In this document: piece after piece, positions 10,346 through 20,985 of the stretch
Layout: each line of letters starts with the position of its first letter
Position numbering within the stretch: the stretch's first letter is position 1
Source: Chloroflexota bacterium
GTDB lineage: Bacteria > Chloroflexota > Dehalococcoidia > Lucifugimonadales > JADFKI01
Length of the DNA: 64,000 nucleotides
Assembly: GCA_027623195.1 (NCBI GenBank)
Contig: JAQBUT010000014.1
Coordinates: 1 to 64,000, forward strand
Direction of reading: 5' to 3'
The notes under the pieces: generated by a model
Told to the model about the DNA's origin: nothing
The model's database searches: none
Seen by the model: only the letters and a program-made list of their open reading frames with translations
Program-made: the position numbers and the translations under genes

Positions 10346-11377
10346 TTAGCGCTTCACCGCCGACTTCAGCAGGTTTCTGCTCAGGACTTCCTCGGCGATC
10401 TGAATTGCATTGGTCGCCGCGCCCTTTCTAAGATTGTCCGAGACCACCCACATGGCAATGCCGTTGGGGTGAGACACATCCTGGCGGATTCGGCCTACGA
10501 AAACCTCATCTTTGCCTGCGGCATCAACGGGCATAGGATACACGTTCGCCCCAGGATCGTCCAGAACCGTGACGCCGGGGAAGCTCGACAGGATTTCCCT
10601 GACCTCTGCCGGGGATATTGGATTGGCAAACTCTATGTGCAGGGCCTCGCTGTGGCATAGCACCACGGGCACCCGCACGCAGGTAGCGGAAACGGCGAGA
10701 CTGTCATCATGGAGAATCTTGCGAGTCTCGTTGACCATCTTCATCTCTTCGTTGGTGTAGCCGTTTTCCAGAAACGGCTCAATGTGGGGCAGGGTGTTGA
10801 AGGCTATCTGGTGAGGATAGGCGCTGGGCGTCACGCTCTCGCCCGCAAGAACCTGCCCGGACTGCGTGCGAAGCTCCTCGACTGCTGCCGCGCCGGTGCC
10901 GGAAACCGACTGGTACGTATCGGCGATTACCCGCACGACGGGATTGACCATCATGAGGGGCTTGAGGACCATTACCAGTGGCGTGGTCGAGCAGTTGGGT
11001 ATGGAGACGATGCCCTTGTGACTCTCCAGGTCGGAGGCGTTCACCTCTGGCACCACCAGCGCGACGTCCGAATCCATGCGAAAGACCGAGCTATCGTCGA
11101 TAACCAGTGCGCCCTGCTGTACCGCCACAGGAGCCAACGCCCGACTGATTTCGCTGCTGGCCGAAATGAAGACTATGTCCACCTGGCTAAACAACTCAGG
11201 CGTCGCCTCTTCAACGGCAATCTCCTGTCCCTTGACCTTCAGCTTCTTGCCTACGGAACGCTTGGATGCGCAGAGCCGGATGTCCTTGGTTGGGAAGCCT
11301 CGCTCCTCCAGGATTTCCAGAAACACGCGGCCTACCGCGCCGGTGGCTCCCACCACTGCGATGCTACAAGCGTCCAC
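10346..11377 (-). CDS. asd: Aspartate-semialdehyde dehydrogenase
   Basis: GATGAVG, PNCST, TYQSVSG, TCVRVPV..CHSE, DNLRKGAA. Confidence 0.97.
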   Translation of the reverse strand: MDACSIAVVGATGAVGRVFLEILEERGFPTKDIRLCASKRSVGKKLKVKGQEIAVEEATPELFSQVDIVFISASSEISRALAPVAVQQGALVIDDSSVFRMDSDVALVVPEVNASDLESHKGIVSIPNCSTTPLVMVLKPLMMVNPVVRVIADTYQSVSGTGAAAVEELRTQSGQVLAGESVTPSAYPHQIAFNTLPHIEPFLENGYTNEEMKMVNETRKILHDDSLAVSATCVRVPVVLCHSEALHIEFANPISPAEVREILSSFPGVTVLDDPGANVYPMPVDAAGKDEVFVGRIRQDVSHPNGIAMWVVSDNLRKGAATNAIQIAEEVLSRNLLKSAVKR

Positions 11378-11628
11378 TATAACCTCCGGGGATTAGTAAT
11401 TAGTTTTGGGTTCTTAGTTTCGAGTTTCGCTGGTGAAAATGATAACGGTTTTAAATGCGGGCCGCTAGTCAAGGAGTCATTTCTGGAACAAAACTACCTC
11501 GCATTATTGAACAAAAGCTAAAAAAATCGAATAAGCGGACTGAAGTCGGCTATGCGACTGTCGGTCAAACCGAGTTAAGCTTAACGGCACTTGATTCTAG
11601 CCACATGGCAAATCTCTCTGGTCACTAG

Positions 11629-11997
11629 ATGGAGGTCTTCATGGCAGTCGTCGGACCCGCCCCGTTGATTCAGTACGTTAACCACGAGTTCGTTGCTAAC
11701 CCTGGCTCCCCCACGGAGAAGGGCATTCGCCTGAAGTTCACCGTGAACCCCGGCGCGATTGTGGAGGGCGTTGAGATGGATTCCGGCGGCAGGCGCACCG
11801 GCAGCGACGCATGGAGCCCACAGCTAGTCTCGGTGTCGTCCCCCGGCAGCGTGCTGCTGCGCGTCCCCGACTGGCTCTACGAGTCCGGCCTGACGGCCCG
11901 CCTTGCGGTAACGATAAGCGGGGAAGAGTGGCTGTCAGCCCCATTCTCCTGGAGTCACAGCCCCAACTGGCTCCAAATGGCCATGCCCCTGCAGTAG
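11629..11997 (+). CDS. Hypothetical protein (beta-rich, about 120 aa)
   Basis: Coding-like GC3 bias; GGAGG upstream of alternative ATG 11641; convergent with the TIR gene; no recognised motif. Confidence 0.5.
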   Translation: MEVFMAVVGPAPLIQYVNHEFVANPGSPTEKGIRLKFTVNPGAIVEGVEMDSGGRRTGSDAWSPQLVSVSSPGSVLLRVPDWLYESGLTARLAVTISGEEWLSAPFSWSHSPNWLQMAMPLQ

Positions 11998-12014
11998 GGG
12001 TTGGTCGGGCGGGG

Positions 12015-13247
12015 TTACTTCGGTAGCGTAATGCCATTTGGCGGCCAGGCGCTTGGCTTAAGGGCCGCAATCAACTTCTCCACTTCAGTCTTATACGCCG
12101 GTGTACGGCGTCCCGTCTTGCCCCTAAAGTCGGGTATGTAACGCCTTTTCACGTCGGCAGCGAACTGCGATTCCCAGTCGAAAATGGTGTCGTCAATGCG
12201 AATCGGGACCAGGACATCAGTATCCTTAAACGGAGGCGGCTCACCCTTCTGCATTGCTTCCTTGTCCCTATCGGCGTGGGCCGCTTTGAGCCTGTCCTCC
12301 TTCTGCAAAGCCCGCTCGATTTCCCGGTCCACGGGGCCGCTGTTCAACGAATCCGCAGAGCACACAAGAATGATCTTGTCGTAGTGCCTGATGGCCCCAT
12401 CTATGTTGGCCCTCAAATCTCGACCCGCCACGGCGTCCAGATCCCACTTCCAAGTATGTACCCCGGCCTCGTTCAAATCCTCATTAAGCCGTGTGGCGAA
12501 CTGCTCATCAGCCGTACTGTAACTGATGAAGCAACTGTAGAACTGGATGGGGTCGGATTTCATGATAGATGGCAGGTATTCCAGCAGCAACGGCGGTACG
12601 CCTGCGCCTTCGAAGAAAACGATTTGCTCGTCCGTAAAACGTCCACCAGCACCGCGCAGGGTACGGGCAAGCGTGTCGGTGCCTATCGTAGACGGACCTA
12701 TATGTTGAACAGTCTGTATGCCTTCCGCTTGGCTAAGGTCGATGGCACCTATCGATGTGCTGCCTATCTGGCATAACGCCAGGTTAGCGCCGCTCAAAAT
12801 TGTACCGTTGAGGACGGCACGGCTGAGGTTGGCACCGCTGAGGTCGGCATCGCTGAGGTTGGCACCGCTGAGGTTGGCACCGCTGAAGTATGCACCGCTG
12901 AGGACGGCGTAGCGCACGTCGGCACGGCTGAGGTCGGCACGGCGGAGGTAGGCACCTCTGAGGTTGGCGCCGCTGAAGTAGGCTTCGCTAAGGTCGGCAC
13001 CGCTGAGGTTGGCCTCGATGAGGACGGCGTAGCACACGTCGGCACGGCTGAAGTAGGCTACGCTAAGGTCGGCACCGTTGAGGTCGGCACGGCGGAGGTA
13101 GGCACCGCTGAAGTCGACGCGGCTGAGGTCGGCACCGCTGAAGTCGGCAGAGCGTAGGTCTGGCCTGACATCGGCATTCTTCGGCCTCCACGCATTCCAC
13201 GCCTCCACACCCTCCTTCAGCTTGGCGACATGCTCTGGGTTAGCCAT
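12015..13247 (-). CDS. Pentapeptide-repeat plus TIR-domain protein
   Basis: MAN.EH...LKEGVEAWNAWR leader, many A(D/N)LSG-type repeats, then FYSCFISYS..D, IRHYDKIILVCS, VDREI (TIR_2-type). Confidence 0.9.
   Translation of the reverse strand: MANPEHVAKLKEGVEAWNAWRPKNADVRPDLRSADFSGADLSRVDFSGAYLRRADLNGADLSVAYFSRADVCYAVLIEANLSGADLSEAYFSGANLRGAYLRRADLSRADVRYAVLSGAYFSGANLSGANLSDADLSGANLSRAVLNGTILSGANLALCQIGSTSIGAIDLSQAEGIQTVQHIGPSTIGTDTLARTLRGAGGRFTDEQIVFFEGAGVPPLLLEYLPSIMKSDPIQFYSCFISYSTADEQFATRLNEDLNEAGVHTWKWDLDAVAGRDLRANIDGAIRHYDKIILVCSADSLNSGPVDREIERALQKEDRLKAAHADRDKEAMQKGEPPPFKDTDVLVPIRIDDTIFDWESQFAADVKRRYIPDFRGKTGRRTPAYKTEVEKLIAALKPSAWPPNGITLPK
12780..13165 (-). repeat. 15-nt-period tandem repeats encoding the pentapeptide repeats
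   Basis: Recurrent units such as ggcaccgctgaggtt / ggcacggctgaggtc on the plus strand. Confidence 0.85.
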
Positions 13248-13272
13248 CTAACGCTTCTCCATTCGGAAAACT

Positions 13273-14061
13273 CTACAGCCCCATGATCTTGTCGAGGCCG
13301 ACCGTGAGGCCTTTGCGGTTGACGACCTCTTTGATGGCCATGACAACGCCGGGCATGAAGCTCTCGCGGTTAACGGAGTCGTGCCTTATGGTTAGCGTCT
13401 GGCCCAGCGTGCCGAAGGTAAGCTCGTGGTGTGCTACGCGGCCTGGCATGCGCGCGCTGTGGATGTTCACGCCGTCATAGACGCCGCCTCTTGCGCCCTC
13501 CACCAGCTCCTTTTCGGACTTGGGCGAGACGAACGAGCCGCCCTTGCCTCCCACCGCAGCCTTGGCGATGGCCAGCGCAGTTCCCGACGGCGAGTCGATC
13601 TTGGCCTCGTGATGCATCTCCGTCAAGTCGGCGTAGTCGAAGAATGGCGAGGCCAGCTTGGCCAGGTGAATCATCAGCACCGCGCCCACGGCGAAGTTCG
13701 GGGCGATGATGACGCCTACATTGTTCTCGCTGGCTAGCCTCTCTGCCTCCTCCACATTGGCGTCGCTAAGGCCCGTGGTGCCCACAACTACGTTAACGCC
13801 GTTGGTTGTTGCCGTGCGTATCACCGACACGGCCCCCTCGGCGCTGGAGAAGTCGACCACAACGTTGGCGTCGCCCAACACGTCCTGCAGGCTCCTAGAT
13901 AGCGGTATATGGCCGGAGCCGTCGGGCAGAGCTATGGTGGACTCCGACGCAAAACCGTCGGCTGCACCCACCGGGGTCAGGCCAGGGTCGGTGGTGACGG
14001 CGTCCAGCACCTGCTGTCCCATTCTTCCCAGCACGCCGTGTACGACTACATTAATTGCCAT
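13273..14061 (-). CDS. dapB: 4-hydroxy-tetrahydrodipicolinate reductase
   Basis: GVLGRMG, VVGTTG, APNFAVG, EMHHEAKIDSPSGTA. Confidence 0.96.
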   Translation of the reverse strand: MAINVVVHGVLGRMGQQVLDAVTTDPGLTPVGAADGFASESTIALPDGSGHIPLSRSLQDVLGDANVVVDFSSAEGAVSVIRTATTNGVNVVVGTTGLSDANVEEAERLASENNVGVIIAPNFAVGAVLMIHLAKLASPFFDYADLTEMHHEAKIDSPSGTALAIAKAAVGGKGGSFVSPKSEKELVEGARGGVYDGVNIHSARMPGRVAHHELTFGTLGQTLTIRHDSVNRESFMPGVVMAIKEVVNRKGLTVGLDKIMGL

Positions 14062-14206
14062 CGTCTTCTCCATTACTATCTTTTTAAATCTGGTTGCTTT
14101 TCGATCCAATTGAGGCCGGACTTACATAGGCGTTAGGGCTTTTGAGCGACAACGCCCGCTGCCGCATTCTTTTGTACCCAATTTACCATATATGACATGA
14201 GAAGCA

Positions 14207-14239
14207 AGAAGGCCTCGGTTTTATCAACCGAGGCCTTCT
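14207..14239 (-). terminator. Hairpin, probable terminator after pnp
   Basis: 14-bp perfect stem agaaggcctcggtt/aaccgaggccttct. Confidence 0.7.
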
Positions 14240-14267
14240 GTTTGGTATGCCTGTTATTCGAGGGGCT

Positions 14268-16487
14268 CTAGTCGCGCCTGTAGCCGCCTCGTCCGCCGCC
14301 ATCTCGTCCGCCGCCGCCGCCAGGACGCGGGCCACCACGACCGCCACCACCGCCGCTAGGCCTGCCTGCGGGCCTGTTGCGCTCCAGAATAGACGCGGGG
14401 GCTTCGCCTTCCTCGGCCGTAAGCATGGCCTTGCGAGACAGATTGACGCGTCCCATGTTGTCTATTTCGAGGACCATCACGGTAACCTCGTCGCCCATCT
14501 TGACCGCATCCTCTACCGTTTCAATTCTATCCTCGGCAAGCTGGCTGATATGGACGAGGCCGTCCTTTCCGGGAAGTAACGACACGAAAGCGCCGAAGTC
14601 CATGATTCGGACTACCTTGCCTGTGAAAACGTCGCCCGCCTTTAGTTCGCGGGTCAGGTCTTGGATCATCTTGATGGCCCTCTGCGCGGCCTCGCCGTCA
14701 GAAGAGCCGATGGTCACAGTGCCGTCGTCCTGTATGTCTATGGTTGCTCCGGTCTGCTCGGTGATACCACGAATCACCTTGCCGCCTGGGCCGATGACCG
14801 CACCGATCTTTTCCACCGGCACCTTGATGCGCACCATACGCGGTGCAAACGGACTCATCTCTTCTCGCACGCCACTTAGAGTGCCTGCGATGTGGTCCAG
14901 GATCTGGTAGCGCGCCTCTTTGGCCTGCGCCAACGCATCCTTGACCATGTTCATCGTGATGCTCTTGACCTTGATGTCGAGCTGGATTGCGTTGATGCCA
15001 TCTCGAGTACCGGCCACCTTGAAGTCCATGTCACCAACGTGGTCTTCCATGCCCTGGATGTCGGTGATGGTCTGGTATTCGCCGTCGTCACCTACTATGA
15101 GGCCGACGGAGATTCCTGCTACAGGAGCCTTGATAGGAACGCCTGCGTCCATGAGGGAAAGCGTTCCGGCGCACACACTGGCCATGGAGGTGCTGCCGTT
15201 TGAGGCAAGAGCCTCACAAACTATTCTTAGAGTGTACGGGAAATCGTCCTGGCTTGGCAGGACAGGGGCTAATGCCCGCTCTGCCAGTGCGCCGTGCCCA
15301 ATCTCCCGGCGGCCCGGCGAACCCATGCGGCGTGCCTCGCCCACAGAGTAGGGCGGGAAGTTGTAGTGCAACATGAAACGCTTGGTCTCTTCCGGAGTCA
15401 GCGTGTCCATCCTCTGAGCGTCGCCAACAGAACCCAGCGTTGTTACTCCGAGTATCTGCGTTTCTCCTCGTGTGAAGAGGGCGCTGCCGTGAGTCCTGGG
15501 AAGAAGACCTACCTCACTGGATAGCGGACGAATCTCCTTTGCTCCACGACCGTCCGGGCGTTTGCCGTCGCGCAGAACGCTGACCTTAAAGGCCACCTCA
15601 AGCTGAGTCTCGAAGGCCTCCATCAGGTGCTTACCATCGTACTGCTCGCCGTGGGCGTCACGTACCTCTGCCCTTAGCGCGTCAAGCTTTTCTTCCAAAT
15701 CCACCTTGCCGTTGGAGGACGAAAAGGCTTCTGCAAGCTTGCCACTTAGCATGCTCTTCAGCTTGGCGTCCAACTCCTCGGGGTATCCGAAGGGGCTGTA
15801 GTCGCTCTTGGGCTTGCCAACGTCGCGGATCATCTCATCCTGCAATTCGATGGTCTTGAGATTAATCTCCTGGGCCTTTTCAATGGCCTGTATGACGATC
15901 TCTTCCGAAATCTCGTTGGAACCGGCCTCCATCATTATCACGCCGTCTCGGGAACCCGCGACAATGAGATCCAGCCTGCTCTCTTCCAACTGTTGGTATG
16001 TCGGATTGACCACCAACGAACCGTCAACATAGCCCATTCGAGTTGCCGCCATGGGGCCCTCAAACGGGATGTTAGAAATTGAGAGCGCCGCCGATGCCCC
16101 GATAAGGGCAAGGGTCTCAAAAGGCGTTTCCTGGTCGATAGAAAGAGTGGTGATTACGATCTGGACTTCGTTGCGGAAGTCTTTGGGGAACAGCGGGCGT
16201 ATAGGCCTGTCGCACAACCGCGCCATTAAGATGCCGTGGGTGCTGGGCCTGCCCTCCCGCCTGAAGAAGCTTCCAGGAATCTTGCCCCTGGAATAGATTC
16301 TCTCTTCAACGTCTACCGTCAGCGGAAAGAAATCGATTCCCTCCCTGGGTTTGCTCATTGTAGCGGTGACTAGAAGAACACAGTCTTTGTATTTAACTAC
16401 AACCGCGCCCCCGGCCTGTAGGGCCAACTTACCTGTTTCCAGGGTAAGCGCGGCAGAGTCAAAAGTTCGTTCATACGTAGATACCAT
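14268..16487 (-). CDS. pnp: Polyribonucleotide nucleotidyltransferase (PNPase)
   Basis: FFPLTVD, FFRREGRP, RREIGHG, SNGSTSMAS, GDMDFKVAG, KH and S1 domains. Confidence 0.98.
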   Translation of the reverse strand: MVSTYERTFDSAALTLETGKLALQAGGAVVVKYKDCVLLVTATMSKPREGIDFFPLTVDVEERIYSRGKIPGSFFRREGRPSTHGILMARLCDRPIRPLFPKDFRNEVQIVITTLSIDQETPFETLALIGASAALSISNIPFEGPMAATRMGYVDGSLVVNPTYQQLEESRLDLIVAGSRDGVIMMEAGSNEISEEIVIQAIEKAQEINLKTIELQDEMIRDVGKPKSDYSPFGYPEELDAKLKSMLSGKLAEAFSSSNGKVDLEEKLDALRAEVRDAHGEQYDGKHLMEAFETQLEVAFKVSVLRDGKRPDGRGAKEIRPLSSEVGLLPRTHGSALFTRGETQILGVTTLGSVGDAQRMDTLTPEETKRFMLHYNFPPYSVGEARRMGSPGRREIGHGALAERALAPVLPSQDDFPYTLRIVCEALASNGSTSMASVCAGTLSLMDAGVPIKAPVAGISVGLIVGDDGEYQTITDIQGMEDHVGDMDFKVAGTRDGINAIQLDIKVKSITMNMVKDALAQAKEARYQILDHIAGTLSGVREEMSPFAPRMVRIKVPVEKIGAVIGPGGKVIRGITEQTGATIDIQDDGTVTIGSSDGEAAQRAIKMIQDLTRELKAGDVFTGKVVRIMDFGAFVSLLPGKDGLVHISQLAEDRIETVEDAVKMGDEVTVMVLEIDNMGRVNLSRKAMLTAEEGEAPASILERNRPAGRPSGGGGGRGGPRPGGGGGRDGGGRGGYRRD

Positions 16488-16516
16488 ACGATGCATTACC
16501 TCCTAGGGGAATCCAA

Positions 16517-16550
16517 GAAAAAAGAAAAAAGCCCCGAAGGGTCGGGACTA
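16517..16550 (-). terminator. Terminator/attenuator between rpsO and pnp
   Basis: Minus strand AGTCCCGA-CCCT-TCGGGGCT followed by TTTTTCTTTTTT. Confidence 0.7.
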
Positions 16551-16811
16551 TCTTCTCAATCCAAGCTTGGTTATAAGCGTCCTGTAACGGCCTACATTTT
16601 CCCGATTGAGGTATCGCAGCAGTCTGCGCCGGCGACCCACCATTTTCAGCAGGCCTCGACGTGTGGACTCATCATGCTTGTGGACTCTAAGATGATCTGT
16701 AAGCTCGAGTATTCGAGTTGTTAGAACTGCTACTTGGAGTTCGGTGGACCCTGTGTCACCTTCGTGGGTCCCGTACTCCTTCATGACTACTTGCTTTTCA
16801 GCCTTGTCCAA
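16548..16811 (-). CDS. rpsO: 30S ribosomal protein S15
   Basis: [38 protein letters not shown] start after GGAG. Confidence 0.97.
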   Translation of the reverse strand: MDKAEKQVVMKEYGTHEGDTGSTELQVAVLTTRILELTDHLRVHKHDESTRRGLLKMVGRRRRLLRYLNRENVGRYRTLITKLGLRR

Positions 16812-16950
16812 TACCTTCTCCTGGGGCTTCCCCGATTTTTTAGATATTCCTATATCGCGAAATTGTAGCATGGGCAACACGCCATCTGCAATGCATAGCC
16901 AATGTTTGTTTCTCAGAGGAACCCGCTTTAAGCTATAGATTATTTACTTT

Positions 16951-18426
16951 TCACGGCCGCAAGGATTCCGGCAGTGAAGCTCCCAGATATTTGCCCTCCG
17001 CAGCCGAAGCCCAACCTTCAATTATGGCCCTGGTGACTGGATAATAGCTGTCCCAGTCTTCACCATCTGCCAATGCTTTAATCGCACGGAAGCTGCCATC
17101 CGGAAATTGGGATATGTAATATAGGATGTACCTAATGTTCCCGTTTTCTAGTTGAACCTGCAAAAATATGTATGCTGCCTTATCATCTATGACCTCGTAT
17201 CCAATCGTCGAAAATTCCGGCTGACCATTTGCCAATTCTTGAAGTTCAAATACTCCTTCTTCAGCAGTCTGATAATCACCAGCCCAAATACCTATAGTAA
17301 TGACTATCTCGGGCTTGGGCTCAAACATGAATTCATTAATCACGATACCGCCCCTGCTGAACAACAATATCGCATCTTCTTTGCCCGTACCCCAAATAAG
17401 CCAGCCTTGGGGGACCGGGAAAATCGAGTCGAATACGGCAACCAAAACCCAATCGTCTTTCGTATCGAGGACCTGACCAAATTCGTAGATATTGTCGTCT
17501 CCATCCTCTTCAATGAACAGGTCTTTAGGAATTGCTAGGTCAGGAAGAAGGGTCAGGAGTTCACGGGAAATTTCAGGAGCCTCATAAATCTCGACCGGGA
17601 TGGCAAACCAACTTGCGCTGAGCGCCTCTTTGCAGGGATTGGATGCACTGATTTCTATTTGGCCGGAGGCTTCGTATTTCGAATTGAAATTACCAGCCAC
17701 CGATATTACATAGAACCCTATTAGTTCAAGTTCGAACGCGCCGTCGAATACGAATTATTCGGGGGTCCCATAATAGGCCCCCATTGGGCTATCGCCTTCA
17801 CAACCAGGGATATCGAAGCCCACTGAAATTGAAGTAATGCTACCGTCCAATATTTCGAAGCAGATATCTTGACCATGTTCCGTACCACCAATCCAAAATC
17901 CATCGTAGGCAATATCCCTGTCTTCAGGCGAAAAAGTAATCGGTACAGGTGTGACCGTTGCGGTACGAGACGGGTATTCCCAAACCGACGGTGGAGGCGG
18001 GGCTGGCGTAAAACCGGCAGCAGGTGAATCGGCGGCCGGGATGGGCGTGTGCATCACAGTTACAGTAAACGTCGGAAGAGGCGCGGAAGTGGCCGTCGCC
18101 GTAGCAGTACGCGTTGGCACAGGTGAAGGAGTATTCGTCACTGTGGGCCGTGGCGTGGACGTTGGTACGGCTGTGGACGTTGGCGCCGCCGTTGGTGAGG
18201 GCGTAACGGTAGGCGAAGGTTTAGCTGTAGCGGCAACTGTAGGAGAGGCCTCGACCAAAGGCGCATTCACAAGCGGAGGCTGCGGGGTTCCGCTGCATGC
18301 AACTGAGAGGATTAGCACAAGAGTCAGCAGGCGGGCCAGACTTCGTGGCTTAAAAGTTGTTACCCCACGGTCTCGTTGGACAAACAGAAGCCTGTTGGCA
18401 ATTAACGAGTCTGGCACTGTGGGCAT
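16951..18426 (-). pseudogene. Pro/Thr-rich-linker lipoprotein interrupted by one in-frame TAA (17755-17757)
   Basis: The two track ORFs share a frame: ...YYGTPE*FVFDGAFELELIGFYVISVAGNFN...; lipobox-like LILSVAC, long PT-rich linker, acidic C-terminal domain. Confidence 0.7.
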
Positions 18427-18534
18427 AATTGGTATTTCCCAAAGAGAATCTAATCCATTCGTATAAATTAGATTAATGTGTGGGAAATACACTATATATA
18501 GTTGTAAATATTGTCAACCGCCCTCTCAGGCAGG

Positions 18535-19449
18535 CTACACCCCTGCCAGGAATTCCGTCACGGCTTTTTGGAATCCCGCAGGCCTATCGCCCATGACAAG
18601 GTGGCCTGCACCTTCTACGGTGGTCATGGTGGCGTTAGGTATGCGTCCGTGCATACTCTCCGTTGTCTCCATGGCCATAACATCGCTGGCGCCACCACGA
18701 ACCAAAAGGGTAGGGCACTGAATGCTCTCCAAGTAACCCCAGAGGCGTTCCTCCATTGCCGGGTCAGACCCGAATCGTCGCTCTGCGGAGCGCAGAATCT
18801 TGTCGTACTTCCAGGTCCACTTACCGCTGGGCAGCTCCTTCAGGTTGTGCATGATGCTGCCTCGCACCTGCACCGCATCACGGCGAGGGTTGTATTTCAG
18901 AACTCTATCCACAAAGGCATCCACCGAGTCCAGTTCGTCTTCCTGTTGGACGAAGTTGCGGATGTTTCCAGAGCCTGCCCGCATGTTTTGGGGCCCGGCG
19001 TCAACGATGACCAGCGCCTTTATCTTATCGGTGTGGTTGCCCGCGTATGTGAAGGAGTTTCGGCCTCCCATAGATAGCCCCATGAGTACGAAGTCATCCA
19101 GCCCAAGTCCATCAACAATGCCTGCGATGTCTTTCTGTTGCGTCTCCGGTGTGTAGTCCCCGTCGGACGCCCATTCGCTGTCGCCATGCCCGCGCTGGTC
19201 CAGGGCAATAACCCTGTACCTGTCGCTGAAAGACAGCGCCACGAAGTCCCAGGAGTGGCAAGTCTGCGCGAACCCGTGCAACAGAACCATTGGCGGATTC
19301 GAAGGGTCGCCCCACTCAAGGTAGTGGAATTTCAAGCCATTGGCCTCTACAAATCTGTCCTGCGGGACCGTTTCGTTGGCGAACGTCACGCCCATGGCAC
19401 GCGCTGCTTCGTAAAGTGAGAGTCCCTGGCTTCCGGCTTGTGATGTCAA
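18535..19449 (-). CDS. Alpha/beta-fold hydrolase
   Basis: LLHGF, DQRGHG, GLSMGG nucleophile elbow, GAGH; AGGAGG RBS before TTG. Confidence 0.9.
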   Translation of the reverse strand: MTSQAGSQGLSLYEAARAMGVTFANETVPQDRFVEANGLKFHYLEWGDPSNPPMVLLHGFAQTCHSWDFVALSFSDRYRVIALDQRGHGDSEWASDGDYTPETQQKDIAGIVDGLGLDDFVLMGLSMGGRNSFTYAGNHTDKIKALVIVDAGPQNMRAGSGNIRNFVQQEDELDSVDAFVDRVLKYNPRRDAVQVRGSIMHNLKELPSGKWTWKYDKILRSAERRFGSDPAMEERLWGYLESIQCPTLLVRGGASDVMAMETTESMHGRIPNATMTTVEGAGHLVMGDRPAGFQKAVTEFLAGV

Positions 19450-19572
19450 ATTACTTTCCTCCTGAGTGACTTGGTTCAGAGTGCAACCCCGAATGGGAAT
19501 TACACGCAAAACCATTTTGGCCACCTACATTTACAAAAAATACCAAAATCCTACCACCTTGGTCAAAGGGCC

Positions 19573-20985
19573 CTAAATCGGCGGCCTCCGGGTGTGCCAA
19601 TCTGTAGCTTCCTCGTATGCCTGCGCTACCCTGAGCACCAGCGCGTCCTCGAATGCCCTACCGGACAACTGCATTCCGATGGGCATGCCGTCGGAAGTGA
19701 AGCCACAAGGTACCGAAATCGTCGGCGTGCCGGTGATGTTGAACGGTCGCGTGAGCCTTGGCATTACCGCAAGCTTGGCATGCTTGCTGCCCGCAACAAC
19801 CACCAGATCATCGTCTAAATTAGGTGCGCCGATAGGAACGGTGGGCGCCAGAAGAATGTCGTAGGTTTTCATCACTGCCGCCACTTCGCAATTGAAGACG
19901 ACCCTGGCCCGCTGCGCCTTGATGTAATCTGTAGCCGATGTCGCCGCCCCAACCTGCAGCCGCGCTCTCACGTCAGCTCCCAGGTCATCCGGGCAATTTC
20001 GCAGGTTGTCCATGTGTACCTCGGCGGCTTCCGTGATTAGCAAAGCCCCGGAAATAGGAATGGACTGCTCCAGTATGGGAATTGAGACCTCTTCTACTAA
20101 AGCTCCCAGGCCCTTCAGCACGGCGGCAGCGGATTTAACTGCATCTGCCACCTCGTCATCGATTACGTCGTAGAAGTACTCTTGCGGTACGCCGATTCGC
20201 AGACCTCTTACTCCCTGGTCCAGACCAGCCGTGTAATCCTGCTCAGGCCTGTTTGCCGAGGAGGTATCGCGGGGGTCGTGTCCCGCAATTGCGTTCAACA
20301 TGATTGCGGCATCGCGCACCGTACGGGTCATAGGCCCCACGGTGTCCAGGCTGTGCGATAACGGAAATACCCCGTGCCTGCTTACAAGGCCGTAGGTGGG
20401 CTTCAGGCCAACTATTCCGCAGGCACCAGCGGGTATGCGGATAGACCCGCCTGTATCGCTGCCCAATGCGCCCATGCACTCACCCGACGCTACAGCCGCA
20501 CCCGAGCCGCCGCTGGAACCGCCGGTAATACGGCCTACGTTCCACGGATTGCGGGCTGCGCCGTAGTGAGGGTTCTCGCTGGTACCGCCCAGGGCGAACT
20601 CATGCATCTGGAGCTTGCCTAAGAGAATGGCCCCGGCCCGCTGGAAACTCTCCGTGACGGCCGCGTCATAGCCGGGAACGTAGTCGCCCATAATCCTGGA
20701 GCCCATGGTGGTGCGAATACCCTTGGTGAAGTAGAGGTCCTTAAGCCCAATGGGGATGCCGTGCAACGGACCGATATACTTGCCGCCGTGGATTTCGCCC
20801 TCAGCCTTCTTTGCAGCGACACGTGCCTCGTCCGCCAAAAGCGTAATGAAGGCATTGAGCCTCTCGTCCGTATTGGCAATGCGTTCGAGATGGGCATCCA
20901 CCAGGTCAACCGGCGACAGCTCCCCAGCCGCGATCAACCCTGCGGCTTCGGATATGCTAAGAAAGCAGAGGTCCGTGGCGCTCAT
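19573..20985 (-). CDS. Amidase-signature family enzyme (GatA/AtzE-like)
   Basis: [26 protein letters not shown] rather than the DEFAMG of GatA; no gatB nearby. Confidence 0.9.
   Translation of the reverse strand: MSATDLCFLSISEAAGLIAAGELSPVDLVDAHLERIANTDERLNAFITLLADEARVAAKKAEGEIHGGKYIGPLHGIPIGLKDLYFTKGIRTTMGSRIMGDYVPGYDAAVTESFQRAGAILLGKLQMHEFALGGTSENPHYGAARNPWNVGRITGGSSGGSGAAVASGECMGALGSDTGGSIRIPAGACGIVGLKPTYGLVSRHGVFPLSHSLDTVGPMTRTVRDAAIMLNAIAGHDPRDTSSANRPEQDYTAGLDQGVRGLRIGVPQEYFYDVIDDEVADAVKSAAAVLKGLGALVEEVSIPILEQSIPISGALLITEAAEVHMDNLRNCPDDLGADVRARLQVGAATSATDYIKAQRARVVFNCEVAAVMKTYDILLAPTVPIGAPNLDDDLVVVAGSKHAKLAVMPRLTRPFNITGTPTISVPCGFTSDGMPIGMQLSGRAFEDALVLRVAQAYEEATDWHTRRPPI

Noticed and set aside
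11378..11628. Lysine riboswitch before asd-dapA
   Set aside because: AT-rich, lacks the AGAGG-type opening motif and multi-stem layout; more likely divergent promoters
12780..13165. CRISPR array
   Set aside because: Repeats are contiguous 15-nt coding units without unique spacers; no cas genes
14268..14370. Gly/Arg-rich PNPase tail as a novel feature
   Set aside because: Low-complexity RGG tails are common on PNPases
17755..17757. Selenocysteine or pyrrolysine recoding at the in-frame stop
   Set aside because: The codon is TAA, not TGA or TAG
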